From NCBI RefSeq assembly GCF_000143415.4, contig NW_003314269.1:1681544-1745543 (forward strand): 64,000 nt of DNA. Direction: 5' to 3'. This DNA comes from Selaginella moellendorffii. Lineage: Eukaryota; Plantae; Lycopodiophyta. This document shows, one piece after another, positions 10,567-21,949 of this stretch (the first letter of the stretch is position 1; each line of letters opens with the position of its first letter). Both the position numbers and the translations under genes were made by a program. The notes under the pieces are model-generated. The model was given only the letters and a program-made list of their open reading frames with translations, was not told where the DNA came from and did not search any database.

Positions 10567-11383
10567 GCTTGATCCATGCTTTTGCATACGACTGGCAGGA
10601 CACCACATCGCGCTGGGGAATTCTATCGACGGCTGCTCTCGCGAGGAAGATCTGGCTGGTCTGCGAGTAGGCCGTGCATGACACGAAGTCGTGCTCGCTG
10701 GATGGAAGCGCTCCTTGGATTCGTCCACCAGGAGATTGTCCGCGAACGCCTGGATCATCACGTTCCACCAGACGATGTTCGAGGCCGGCAGCTCGCGCTT
10801 CCTCCAAACGCCCGCTCATGTCCATGACACCACCTCTCGCTGGGGCATCGAATCGAACACCTTCTTGACCAGCGCTTCATGGACATCCATCGATGATCGT
10901 GGTCCAGGAGACGAAGTTCCTGGCCAGCATCCGGAAAAACATCGCCTCCGCTACCTGGAGATTCCCATTCTGGGCATATGCGGTGATCATCGCGTTCCAG
11001 GCGACGAGATCTCTTTCCGGCATCGCCAAGAACATCGCTCTGGCGTCCTCAGCCTTGCCACGCTTCGCCAGCGCCACGAGAATCGCCGTGGATGTGACGA
11101 CGGTCCAGCGCGGGAGGAGATCGAAGACGTGCCTTGCATGCTCAAGATCCCCGATCTTGACAAATGCGCCGATGAAGCAACTCCACGCCAAGGAATCTCT
11201 GCCACCGGGGATGCGATCGAAGAGATTCTTGGAGTCCAAGGGCCTGCCGTTGTGCGCGTAGACGGTGAGCATCGCGATGCAGGAGAACCTGTTCTTGCTG
11301 TGATCGTCCATGCCGTCGAAGATCTCGCGCGCCTCGCCGACGCTGCCGCATTCGCCATAGCGATCGGAGTGGCATTGCCGCAT
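10567..11383 (-). pseudogene. Truncated, frameshifted copy of PPR 4640-6943
   Basis: Same start (MRQC) and the same NRFS..MLTVYAHNGRP motifs, with a ~150-bp 5' deletion, frameshifts and loss of the 3' half. Confidence 0.9.
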
Positions 11384-11442
11384 ACACTAGCCCAAAATCC
11401 ACTTACGTCCTAGCTAGGGTTCTTCATTTTTAACGTTTGGCT

Positions 11443-13383
11443 ATGGCGGAAAATTGGCGCCCACCGTCGAGGGACGAATTCCGGGAGATGGAAGCTCGAA
11501 ACATTCCCGTGGTAAGAGGCGCGTCGATTTGTTTCGATTGTTAGAGCTTCTGGCAGGTTTTTCCAGGGATTCTGCGGCAATGGCCCGCATTTGAGCGGTG
11601 GAATCCAGCCACTGGCGGTGTCGAGCATCTTAAGGTGAGGATTTTCGTGTCCTAGAGCAGGGATTAGACCGCTTCTCAAGGAAATCGTAGGAGAACCTCT
11701 AGTGCAAGCAATGGTCAGCAGCGATGGCTCTACGTTCTTCGGTGATATTAGAAGCCATGAAAGAGTTTGTATTTTTTCTTTGATTCCTCCTCTTTTGTTC
11801 TTAAACTGGTTCCTAGGTAGCGTTGCCTTTCAGAGAATATCTAGACATGGTTTTGTCACCTGGAGAGCACAACGATCACTTTTATCTGGCACAGGTTAAG
11901 ATTTACTCTTGTTGTCCGTGTTGCGGATATTAAGAATATCACTGCAGGTTCCTATACGCGTGAAAGACTCAACCGAGAAACCTCCGCTCGCTTCTCTGGA
12001 ATCCGAGATATCCCTGGTATCATATATTCTTCGTCTACTTTTTTCTTTTTTTGTGAAACTTATCATGCTCAGCCAGAGTTCCTGGACGAGGATGCGGTCT
12101 CAAACATCAACCTTTGGATGAGTTCGACGTCTTCTCGGTCAAGCATACATTATGATCCATACCACAATGTTCTTGGAGTCGTGACGGGTCAGAAGAAAGG
12201 TAGAGCTTTTTCATGCGTGGCATTTTTCAGTGTTGTATTTGTTGCAGTTACTCTGTGGCCTCCTGATGCGGCGCCATATCTGTACCCCAAGCCACTGTAT
12301 GGAGAAGCTTCGAACCATAGGTATTTGTTTTTATAGAAAAAGAGACACTTCTTTTATTCCTGTTTCTATGCAGCGAGGTGAACTTTGTAGAACCAGACTA
12401 CCAAAAATATCCACGCTTTAGAGATGCATCAAAACACAGTCGGGTTCTGGTAGTCGATGCTGGCAGTGCAGTTTTTATACCAGAGGGCTGGTTCCACCAA
12501 GTGGACAGTGCTGCTCTAACCATTGCTGTAAACTTTTGGTGGGCGTCTAAACAATCTTGCGCATTCGACTCGCCCATGGATGCATATTATTTGCGGAGGA
12601 TTTTAGTGAGGTTAGCAAATGTTGCTCTTGGCTTTTTAACAGCTTCTTTTGTTTTCCAGTCTTTTGGACGCCGAAAAGGTCAACAAGCAACAATTGCCAA
12701 TGCAATTTACTTATATTGTTCTACAGAGATCGATGCTCGGATGGAATCCTCACGTGGATGTAGAAATTGATCTTGATGACGTGCAAGGAGCAGAAGATCT
12801 TACCGTGAACAGCTTGAGTCCACTAGAAACAAAACAACTTCACGTCATACTATCCTGCGTAGCGGTCGCAGTGAACAATGGCAATTGTGAGGACGATCCT
12901 ATCGCAAGTGTGTTTCTAAATACGAGCCCTCGGAGCCTTCGTCGAATCTTTCTTACCATGGTGGTAAGTGCAGGCACTGTATGCTATGTTTGTCGCTAAC
13001 AAGTTGTGCATTTGCAGACTACATTTCCTCGTTCACTAGAAGCACTCGTATTGCATGCTCTCAGTCCTGTCGCTGCAGAACTTTTGACAAAACAGTTTGA
13101 AGAGATGGACTCGATTGCTTCTGAAGCATCACAGTAAGCAAGTTTTAGGATGCTGTTGATTTTACGTGGTTATGGCTTTGGTTTTAACAGAGCAGAGTTC
13201 TACAAGCGCTTTTATAGTGTTTTTGACGACTCCAGTGTCGCAATGGCTGCGCTCCTCGATAGGAAGGAAGCGTTCGCATCAAAGGTAAAGATTCTGAAGC
13301 TATTTCGCTGCTGTTAAACGGTGCTTTTGTCTCAGGCTTTGGACAGTGTCATGGAGAAATTTCTGGGATGTAAGCTTCACTGA
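11443..13383 (+). CDS. JMJ31: JmjC-domain 2OG/Fe(II) oxygenase, JMJ31-like (multi-exon)
   Basis: Spliced reading: NLWMSS..SSIHYDPYHNVLGVVTGQKK|VTLWPP..LYPKPLYGEASNHS..VFIPEGWFHQVDS..AVNFWW, with the HxD...H triad and GT-AG introns. Confidence 0.88.
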
Positions 13384-13532
13384 CAATGGGCTTTTGTAAA
13401 TCAATTTTTAAACAAGGCGCTTCTCAGGTATTCTTTCGAGTACATTTTATCGAATCGGGTCTCCTTTGCATGCAGATAAAAGCAGCTAGTGTGTATTTAA
13501 ATGTTAAAGCTAACTGGCCCTAGACAGTCGTG

Positions 13533-15905
13533 ATGGGTTCGTTAGCAACTTCACTTGGGATAGTGCTGCTGTCCCTAGCCGTAGCAGCTCTTCTATCTTG
13601 GAAACGAAATCCAGGAGCACCGGCTGATTTTGTCATCACGAACTGCAGTATCTGGACTGCAGACAAGGATGTTCCATGGGCAGAATCGATGGCCGTGAGA
13701 CGGGGAAGAATCCTTCGCGTGGGTTCTCTCTCATTTGTCAAGGTAAGCGTTTGTTTTCTTCGTTACAGATATTTTTCACAAAATTTCATGCTTGTAGGAG
13801 GTTGCCGGTTCTGATACCGAATTCCGTGATCTCGAGGGGCAGTTTGTGGTGCCTGGTTTCATTGATTCTCATGTTCACTTTATTCCTGGAGGCCTGCAGG
13901 TATGTTAAGTTTAAACAACAAGGGAAATTAACGTCTTACCTGCAGCTAGTAAGATTGGATCTTCATGATGTACACACACGTCTAGAGTTCACACAAAAAG
14001 TTCAACATGCTGCTCATGGTGCTCTTGAATTTGTTTTCTTCATGAGTGTATAATATTCATCGCTTCTTTTGAAGGGCTCGAGCCAAATGAGTGGCTTCAA
14101 GGATTTGGATGGAGCAACGAACACTGGGGAGGTGAGTGGCCAGATTCGTCCTGGATTGATAGTGTCACAGAAAACAATCCGGTGAGGTTTTTGTTGTAGT
14201 TCTGAGGTTCTAAAAACCTGACGTTCATAGTATCACACAGGTGTGGCTCAGCAGGATGGACGGTCACATGGGCCTTGCAAATAAAGTTGCCATGGATATT
14301 TGTGATTTGAAGAGCGTTAAAGAAGATCCAACTGGTGGGAGCATTGTAAGAGATGCAGATGGTGGTCAGTTTTTATTCTCCTATCTGAATTATAGAGAAG
14401 TTGGTTCTAACATCCTTCTTTGTAGTTCCAACTGGTTTACTCGTTGATGCTGCTATGATATTGTTAACTTCTTGTGTTCCTAAACCGTCATTGGAGCAAC
14501 GTAGAGAAGCTCTGGCAAGAGCAAGCCATTATGCTGTCTCTAAAGGCGTCACCTCAGTAGTTGATTTCGGGTCATACTTTCCTGGTGGATCAATCAAAGA
14601 ATCATGGAACGATTTTGAAGGTAATTCCATTTTAAACATCATGTCCCTCGTCTAAATTCTTCCTCTAGAGGTATACACATGGATGGACTCACTCGGGAAT
14701 ATGACTGTGAGGTCTGCACTTTTCTTCCCACTCGAGACTTGGCCACGAGTCGCTGTAAGTTCTGATTTTCATTCTACTATACGATACTTGAATTTGTTCT
14801 TCAGGCTCTGATAAAAGAGCGAGGACGGCATATAAGTGACTGGGTTCACATNNNNNNNNNNNNNNNNNNNNNNNNNNNNNNNNNNNNNNNNNNNNNNNNN
14901 NNNNNNNNNNNNNNNNNNNNNNNNNNNNNNNNNNNNNNNNNNNNNNNNNNNNNNNNNNNNNNNNNNNNNNNNNNNNNNNNNNNNNNNNNNNNNNNNNNNN
15001 NNNNNNNNNNNNNNNNNNNNNNNNNNNNNNNNNNNNNNNNNNNNNNNNNNNNNNNNNNNNNNNNNNNNNNNNNNNNNNNNNNNNNNNNNNNNNNNNNNNC
15101 TTCAGGTAGCAGTACATGCGATTGGCGATGCAGCAAACGATGATGTGCTTGGAATTTACGCTGACGCTATTTCTAAACATCCTCGTCAAGGACATCGATT
15201 GAGAGTAACGATGAACAAATCTACGTTTGTATCACTGAACTCGTGGGATTGCAGGTAGAGCATGCACAGCACCTTTCACCTGGAGCGCACCTTAAATTTG
15301 GGACGTTCTCAATATCTGCGTCGATGCAAGTAAGCAGATGAATGCATGCTGCCTCCATTACCCTGGATTTTTGCACAGCCAGAGCAACTTCTAGATGATG
15401 CTTACTACGCCGTGAAGAAACTTGGTGAGAAGCGCTCACGTGGATCTTATAACCTCCGCTCCCTCCTCGGAAACGGTAGCGTGGTTGCTCTAGGATCCGA
15501 CTGGCCTGTAAGTCTGTCAAATACTTTTTCTTCGGCGTTACGTGAATGATTTCCCTCAAGGTTGTAGCAGTGAATCCACTTGGAGGGATCCGCGCAGCCG
15601 TGGAGAGAACACCTTCAGGCTGGAGTCATCCCTGGATTCCCGAGGAAAGGATTTCTGCATGGGACGCAGTGGCGGGGTAAGAGAAAACAGATGAGAAACT
15701 GAAATGCAGTCCTTGTTTCTGGATTCACAGGTACACATCCTTGGCTGCGTATGCAGCTGCATTGGAGGATCTGGTTGGGTCACTGACTCCAGGAAAGTTT
15801 GCCGACTTTGTGGTGTTGTCCGAGTCTCCCTTTGCCCAGGGCACGGGCATTTTTCCTCGAGTGGTTGCTACGTTCGTTGGTGGAAATATTGCCTTCCTTT
15901 CTTAA
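13533..15905 (+). CDS. LAF3: Amidohydrolase family 3 protein (LAF3/YtcJ-like), multi-exon, spans an N-gap
   Basis: N-terminal TM segment, PGFIDSHVH, WLSRMDGHMGLAN, VAVHAIGDAAND, EHAQHL, ALGSDWP, GSLTPGKFADFVVL. Confidence 0.88.
14852..15099. other. Assembly gap (N run)
   Basis: Run of n. Confidence 1.
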
Positions 15906-15959
15906 GGCTTTATTCCAAACTTGGTAAATTATTTCGTGGTCTTTTTAAATATTGCATAT

Positions 15960-16506
15960 TTGCGAGAAGATGGTTGAAGAGAAAGCAGCCAGAATCATCA
16001 AGCAGCTGGTAAAGACCCTCAAAAGAGATGCATTTGAGGGGCGTGGTTCACCAGGATCTCAAGCATTCTTTCCAAGTGAAATGTGTGCAATAAAGTGGTG
16101 ATCAGCAACTTTGGCATTGCCACAGATAACCCCGAGGAGATATCACAGAACTATTGCACAGTGAAGTACATGGTGGAGAACAGGGATTGGAGCTCTACAT
16201 GGCAGCCATCGACGTGTGGGGGCTAGGAGCAATTTTATACAAGATGCTAAGGGAGAGGGAGGATACCAGCCGATGGAAGCATTTGATCTCGTATGACAGG
16301 GGGCGACCTCTGTTTCAGATCCACTGCCAACATCTTAGAAATGAGATCCTCCGCTGCAAACAAGCAAGGACCAGTCAGGTTCTACATCACCCATGGATTT
16401 GTCAAAAATTGCAGCAGTAAGATCGACAAGCTGTGAAGGAGTGGTGTGAAAAGGAGTGCTCCCGGCCTTGAGAACGACTTGGTCATGAAGAAAGTTGTGC
16501 GGCTTA
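15960..16506 (+). pseudogene. Decayed copy of kinase 9238-10173
   Basis: Retains gttcaccaggatctcaag (HQDLK), AAIDVWGLGAILY and HHPW. The N-lobe is missing and there are stops and frameshifts. Confidence 0.88.
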
Positions 16507-16862
16507 AAAGCAAATGCCAACAGTAAGCATTACTTGCTAGTTCCTATTTCCTTTTCACCATTACTAACTTCATTTGCTTGCGTTTTTCTTTTTTGTATTC
16601 TCCGGACATCAACATCTCTTATGTCTATGGCTCGAAAACATTTTTGGTGGCTGCTGAAAACAACTGCGGAACGAAAACAAGTTGGGAAGAAAAGGCAAAC
16701 GAGGGAATTGAAATGTAAAGAAAGAATTGTAAAACGCTTATTGATATATAAACAAAGATCAACGTTGAATCGAGAATGGCTGGTTGCCAACGTCCCATCT
16801 TTCACTAATCATCCAAGCAGAAATGACTATGTGTCAATGAAGGCGAATATTCTTTAGTTGCC

Positions 16863-18109
16863 CTAAACTATGAGCCCAGGATCTCTGCGAACGACATCCA
16901 TTTGATCGCGCTCAAGCATCGTGTTGACGACAAGTCGATCGTTTCCCTCGATCTCGGGAAAGATGATGGCCACTCCAGCCCACACAATTCCCATGGTTCC
17001 AGCGAATACCGGCTTGCCGCTTCCGAAATCCGCGCCAGCCATCTCCAATCGCTGCCAGCTCGAGATCACGAGATCCGAGGGGTTGAAGGAGAGCGAAATC
17101 TCTAGCGGGCTGTGGATAGCATGTGTTGGTGCGTGATCCTGCGCTTGGCTTCTTGGATGAGATTCACAGCGCCGTCGATCGATCCTGCCAGAAGCTGCTC
17201 GACGCTGGAGGATGCGATTGCAAGAAAGACCGCATTGCCCAGAAATCCATCGGGAATTGGAGGATTGAAACGTTTTCTCCCATTCACCGCGAAGCCTAGC
17301 CTCGTTTCCTCATGCGGTTGAAGAAGCGAGAGCTCGGTTCTGGCGCGGGTGATCGCGATCCAGAGGTGAGCCGCCAGTATTTCGAATCGAGTCGCGGTGG
17401 TGTCGCTCTTTAGCAGCGACCGAATGCCGCTGCTCGTGAAGGAGAGGATTGAGCGCTCCACATTGCTGGTGTCGGGGAAGGGCGGAGGCTCAATCTGGTA
17501 CTCCGCTGGAGTGGATTCCGGTGGAATTGCGTCAGGTTGCAGGAGCAGGGATCGTTCCAAGTGTGGCGGATTGACGCGATGCTCCTGGCCGGAGGAAATC
17601 AGCGCCCAGGATTTCACGAAATCGGCCGTGGCAACTCCATCGGCTGCGCTGTGGTGAGTCGCTACCTGGAGGCAAGCGCCGCCACACAGGAACCGAGTGA
17701 GCTTGATTGAGACAAGAGGAAGTTCCGTGGTTTCTTGTGTTGGGAAGGCCTCGCGCGACGCTAGGCTGTCGAGGCTGGGATTAAACTCGTGGAAGCTGCC
17801 AAGTTCTTCTTCTAGAGATTTGCTGGCGAGCGCTTCGAAGAACTCGATGCCAGAGTCGCAACACTGGATCTCGAGGGCCTGATTGGGAAGAAGCTTGTAG
17901 CGGCCGGCTAGCGGGTAGAATAGGGAGAGCGTCTTGGAGAGGGATAGCTTGAGCTGGTTGGAAGGGATGAATCGTGCGAAGAAGTAGAGGAAAGGCATGT
18001 AGACCCGAGGAGCAATCTGGTCGAGGCAGCTGAGAAGTATGGACGGTCGTGGTGGTGGAGAGGAGTTTGCAGGCTTGATGAGCTCTCGGACATTGGAAGC
18101 TACTTCCAT
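16863..18109 (-). pseudogene. BAHD acyltransferase with one frameshift near 17105 (pseudogene or sequence error)
   Basis: FYPLAGR and HHSAADG (HxxxD) are in ORF 17102-18109. The DFGWG-like motif ADFGSGKP lies in a different frame (16863-17069). Confidence 0.85.
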
Positions 18110-18148
18110 TGGGATCTGGATTGGCTTGGATGGTGGTGGACGAAGGAT

Positions 18149-18574
18149 NNNNNNNNNNNNNNNNNNNNNNNNNNNNNNNNNNNNNNNNNNNNNNNNNNNN
18201 NNNNNNNNNNNNNNNNNNNNNNNNNNNNNNNNNNNNNNNNNNNNNNNNNNNNNNNNNNNNNNNNNNNNNNNNNNNNNNNNNNNNNNNNNNNNNNNNNNNN
18301 NNNNNNNNNNNNNNNNNNNNNNNNNNNNNNNNNNNNNNNNNNNNNNNNNNNNNNNNNNNNNNNNNNNNNNNNNNNNNNNNNNNNNNNNNNNNNNNNNNNN
18401 NNNNNNNNNNNNNNNNNNNNNNNNNNNNNNNNNNNNNNNNNNNNNNNNNNNNNNNNNNNNNNNNNNNNNNNNNNNNNNNNNNNNNNNNNNNNNNNNNNNN
18501 NNNNNNNNNNNNNNNNNNNNNNNNNNNNNNNNNNNNNNNNNNNNNNNNNNNNNNNNNNNNNNNNNNNNNNNNNN
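18149..18574. other. Assembly gap (N run)
   Basis: Run of n. Confidence 1.
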
Positions 18575-18942
18575 CTGCCTATCCTTGTCAAAACGTTAGC
18601 TTTACCATATGATGTTGATCTTCTCCAATCTATTCGTCATACTCTTGACCTTTCTCCATTGAAATGCTTCCATGGATGGAAGAAAACTTGTTAGCAATGA
18701 ATTAATTAATTTGTTTTCACATTTTGGGGAGCTAAGCGAGCAAAGATTCACGTCGGATTTTGCTGAGCGTCACATAGTAGCAATGCCGTTTCACTCTAAT
18801 CAATGCTTACATGAACAAGCATGACAAATTCTCCACAACTTTTTACTTCAGTTTTATTTGGAATTCAACTGGACAAATCCTCTCCTAGGATTAATTTCTT
18901 GCCAGCTAAACTCGTCTTAAACAACAATCAGATTATAATACA

Positions 18943-21243
18943 TTATATTAAACGTTTAAGCAGTGCCTCCCATCTCTTACTGAAGAAAACTGCGAAGGTC
19001 CACAGGATGCATGAAACACCACCACCAACAATGGCAGCCAGAATCGTTTGATCGCCATGACCGTCATCATCGTTTTCATCTTTGTGATCATCATGAAAAG
19101 GATCATGCAAACTAGCACACTCTGCAAGGGGGAAGCCACAAAGGCCTGGGTTTCCTTCATAGCTGCTCACCGGGAATAATGCAAGTTGAGCACTCTGTGG
19201 AACCCTTCCGAAAAGCTTGTTGTTCGAGATGTTTAAGTAATTCAGGAAGGTGAGGTTGCCAAGCGAGTCCGGGATGTTTGATTCAAGCCAGTTCTGTGAT
19301 AAATCTAGCCACTCCAGGTTCTTGAGGTTTCCAATTGTGGAAGGAATGGCCCCCGTAAGTAAGTTGTGTGCGAGATTTAGCACATTTAAGTCTCGCATGC
19401 CACCGAATTCCTCTGGGATTGTTCCAGTGAAGCTGTTGTGCGAGAGATCAATAGCCAAAGGACTGTTTACCAGAGTATATATTGTTAAGTTGAAACCAGG
19501 AGGTGCCAGAAAGAACCATCTTCTGCATCTGGTTGCAAACGGAAGTTGCTCAAAGTCATCCAAGCGGATCCCTTGCAGTATGAAAACCTCCTCATAAGCT
19601 TTGCAGATGGATGCCTCTATGTTGATTGCAAACACCATCAGAAACGGGAAGGTTACTTCGGTTATTTTATCCTCTTCCACTTCTGATGAGCGGCCGATCC
19701 AGCCTGGAATTTGTCCTGTCAACTGATTGTCGTTCACTAAAAACAAAGTTAGACCCTTGTTGTTTCTAAGCTCACTTGGTAGACCACCCTGAAGCATGTT
19801 GTGACCCAGTACGAGAGATCGAAGGCTCAACATACTTCCAATAGATGCGGGGATTGCTCCAGATATCATGTTGTTGCTCAGAAGCAGCAACCAGAGTTTC
19901 TTCAGCCCAGATATCTGCTGAGGAATGACACCTGTGAGATTGTTAAAACTGAGATTTAGTGTCACCAGCTCACTGCAGTTGCTGATTGTAGCGGGTATGC
20001 TGCCTTCAAGATTGTTCCCCCAAAGAAGAAGATGTTGAAGCTTCGGAAGTCTGCTGCACATATCCACTGGAATGGGCCCTGCTAGAGAATTGATGCTGAT
20101 ATCAAGCATTTCCAGGTTACCACAGTTCATGGCTGAGTTCAGAACCCGACCATGCAACCTGTTATATACCAGCAGCAAAGACTTAAGTGAGGACCTTGCA
20201 GGGCAGATGTTTGGGTTGCCAGTGCTGAACAAGTTGCAGCTCAGGTCTAGAACATTAAGACTTGGAGGAACTGTAGGGAGTTCACCTATAAAGTTGTTGT
20301 GGTCGGCTTGGAGAACTTTAAGAGACTTGAAAACCGTAGCTAAACTTCGATTGGCAAATACCGAGAGGAATGGGCCAGATAAGTGATTGTCTGATAGATT
20401 GAGCATCTTCAAAGCAGCACAATCCTTCCAAAAAACTGTCCCAGAAATGTTGTTAAAAGAGAGATCTAGCTCCTCCAGAGTAGGACAGTGCTTGATCTGA
20501 AATGTTGTGAAGAAGTTGGTAGACAGGTTGAGCTTCTGAAGACTGTTGGATGAACGTAGACCAGAAAGTTCCCCTGTCAAATTATTCGACGACAGTGAAA
20601 GCTCTTGTAAGCTTCTGCAGTTTATAAACATATCTTCAGGCACCCCTCCAACCAGCTGATTGCTCGATATGTCTAGAAACCGCAAGCTCTTACACAATGT
20701 GAAAAAGGAAGCAGGTATCGAGCCACTGATTCTGTTGTGAGATAAATCAACCGAAACCATAACATGCCCGATTGTTCCCTTCAGCGAAATTTTTCTTAGC
20801 TTGTTGTGTGAGAGGTTCAAGTACCTGATGTCTTTGCAAGTAACCAAAAGAATATCTAGAAAATCACTAGTGAAATCGTTGCTTGACAAATTGAGGACCT
20901 CCAAAGAGCATTTCTGCGGTGATATTTTGATCCCAGTGAAGTTGTTCCCAGAAGCACTCAAGGTGCGTAGTTGAGGCAGGGCTTGGATGGTAGAAAATGG
21001 AAGAAGGCCCGAAAGTGACAGAGAATCAAGCTGTATGCCAGTGATGCGGCCTACCGAGGAACAACTTACACCAATCCATTGGCAAACGTCTGTGCCTGCC
21101 TTCCAGTTATTCAGTGCCACCAGAGGATCATCCACAGAATTTTTAAAGCTCAAGAGTGCTTCCAACTCTGAATCTTCAGCATCTCCATGAAAAACAAGTC
21201 TGACAACAAGCAGGACAAGAGCAAATAGCCTACATAGCTCCAT
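18943..21243 (-). CDS. LRR receptor-like protein: signal peptide, LRRNT, LRR array, island domain + 4 LRRs, TM, short tail, no kinase
   Basis: MELCRLFALVLLVV signal peptide, CQWIGVSC cap, LxxLxLSxNxLSGxIP repeats, GNPGLCG C-cap, acidic juxtamembrane region, TM ILAAIVGGGVSCILWTFAVFF, and a stop 11 aa later. Confidence 0.93.
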   Translation of the reverse strand: MELCRLFALVLLVVRLVFHGDAEDSELEALLSFKNSVDDPLVALNNWKAGTDVCQWIGVSCSSVGRITGIQLDSLSLSGLLPFSTIQALPQLRTLSASGNNFTGIKISPQKCSLEVLNLSSNDFTSDFLDILLVTCKDIRYLNLSHNKLRKISLKGTIGHVMVSVDLSHNRISGSIPASFFTLCKSLRFLDISSNQLVGGVPEDMFINCRSLQELSLSSNNLTGELSGLRSSNSLQKLNLSTNFFTTFQIKHCPTLEELDLSFNNISGTVFWKDCAALKMLNLSDNHLSGPFLSVFANRSLATVFKSLKVLQADHNNFIGELPTVPPSLNVLDLSCNLFSTGNPNICPARSSLKSLLLVYNRLHGRVLNSAMNCGNLEMLDISINSLAGPIPVDMCSRLPKLQHLLLWGNNLEGSIPATISNCSELVTLNLSFNNLTGVIPQQISGLKKLWLLLLSNNMISGAIPASIGSMLSLRSLVLGHNMLQGGLPSELRNNKGLTLFLVNDNQLTGQIPGWIGRSSEVEEDKITEVTFPFLMVFAINIEASICKAYEEVFILQGIRLDDFEQLPFATRCRRWFFLAPPGFNLTIYTLVNSPLAIDLSHNSFTGTIPEEFGGMRDLNVLNLAHNLLTGAIPSTIGNLKNLEWLDLSQNWLESNIPDSLGNLTFLNYLNISNNKLFGRVPQSAQLALFPVSSYEGNPGLCGFPLAECASLHDPFHDDHKDENDDDGHGDQTILAAIVGGGVSCILWTFAVFFSKRWEALLKRLI

Positions 21244-21592
21244 TAGAATGCAACAACAATAAAATAAATGAATGGTGCGAGTCCTTGTGATCATATAAAG
21301 GCAACCAAGCATCAGTCAAATCTGGAGAGTATTCACACATGACTTTGACTGGCTGGTTCTTGAGAAATGAAATTGAACACGGCATACGAAGAGACAAAAG
21401 AAAAGAAGTTTCCCATGTAACATCTCCACCGTCGATCAAGGCGGATCGATATAGACGGGTACGATCGTAGCACCATCAAGATTGTTCTCTTTAGACGCGC
21501 TCTATCTTTTAAAAGTCAATGGAGCTGAATATGCTTCAGTTGCCCTCTCCATTCATGCCGAGTCGTTTCCGCACTACTATTGGTCTATGATC

Positions 21593-21646
21593 TTGCGCTT
21601 GGCTTCTTAACAGCGCGGTCGATCGATCCTGCCAGTAGCTGCTCAG
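21593..21646 (-). pseudogene. Small remnant of the BAHD gene
   Basis: tgcgcttggcttctt...gtcgatcgatcctgccagtagctgctc matches 17140-17200 (EQLLAGSID). Confidence 0.75.
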
Positions 21647-21949
21647 ACGGTGGAGAAAGCGCTTGACCAAGTGCAAATGCCATCTTGAGTACAAAGATAC
21701 ATCTCAAGTTCATAAAGCACTCTTTACAATACATAAAAACACTGGATCCTTTTATAAACTCGTTTTTAAACAAGTGGCCTATCCCCAGATCAGGACCATG
21801 TGAGCTGAGAGGTCCTGCTTGACTGTTTTCTATGGGTTGGAAGGTCTTCTGAAAGCAACAAACTTTCAGAAGGTCTAGGACGCAGGGAACAGAGCTTGCT
21901 GTGAGAACCACAAAACCTTTATTACCAAATAATGAATTTATACTAAAAC

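Larger units (their letters stand above)
5856..16780. repeat. Tandem segmental duplication of a PPR-JmjC-amidohydrolase-kinase block (copy A ~5856-10500, copy B ~10567-16780)
   Basis: Co-linear near-identical stretches, e.g. 6930-7000 vs 11370-11440, 7646-8000 vs 12649-13000, 8400-9110 vs 15100-15905 and 9590-10170 vs 15970-16505. Confidence 0.93.

Noticed and set aside
14689-18612. ORFs containing runs of X
   Set aside because: Artefacts of translating through assembly gaps.
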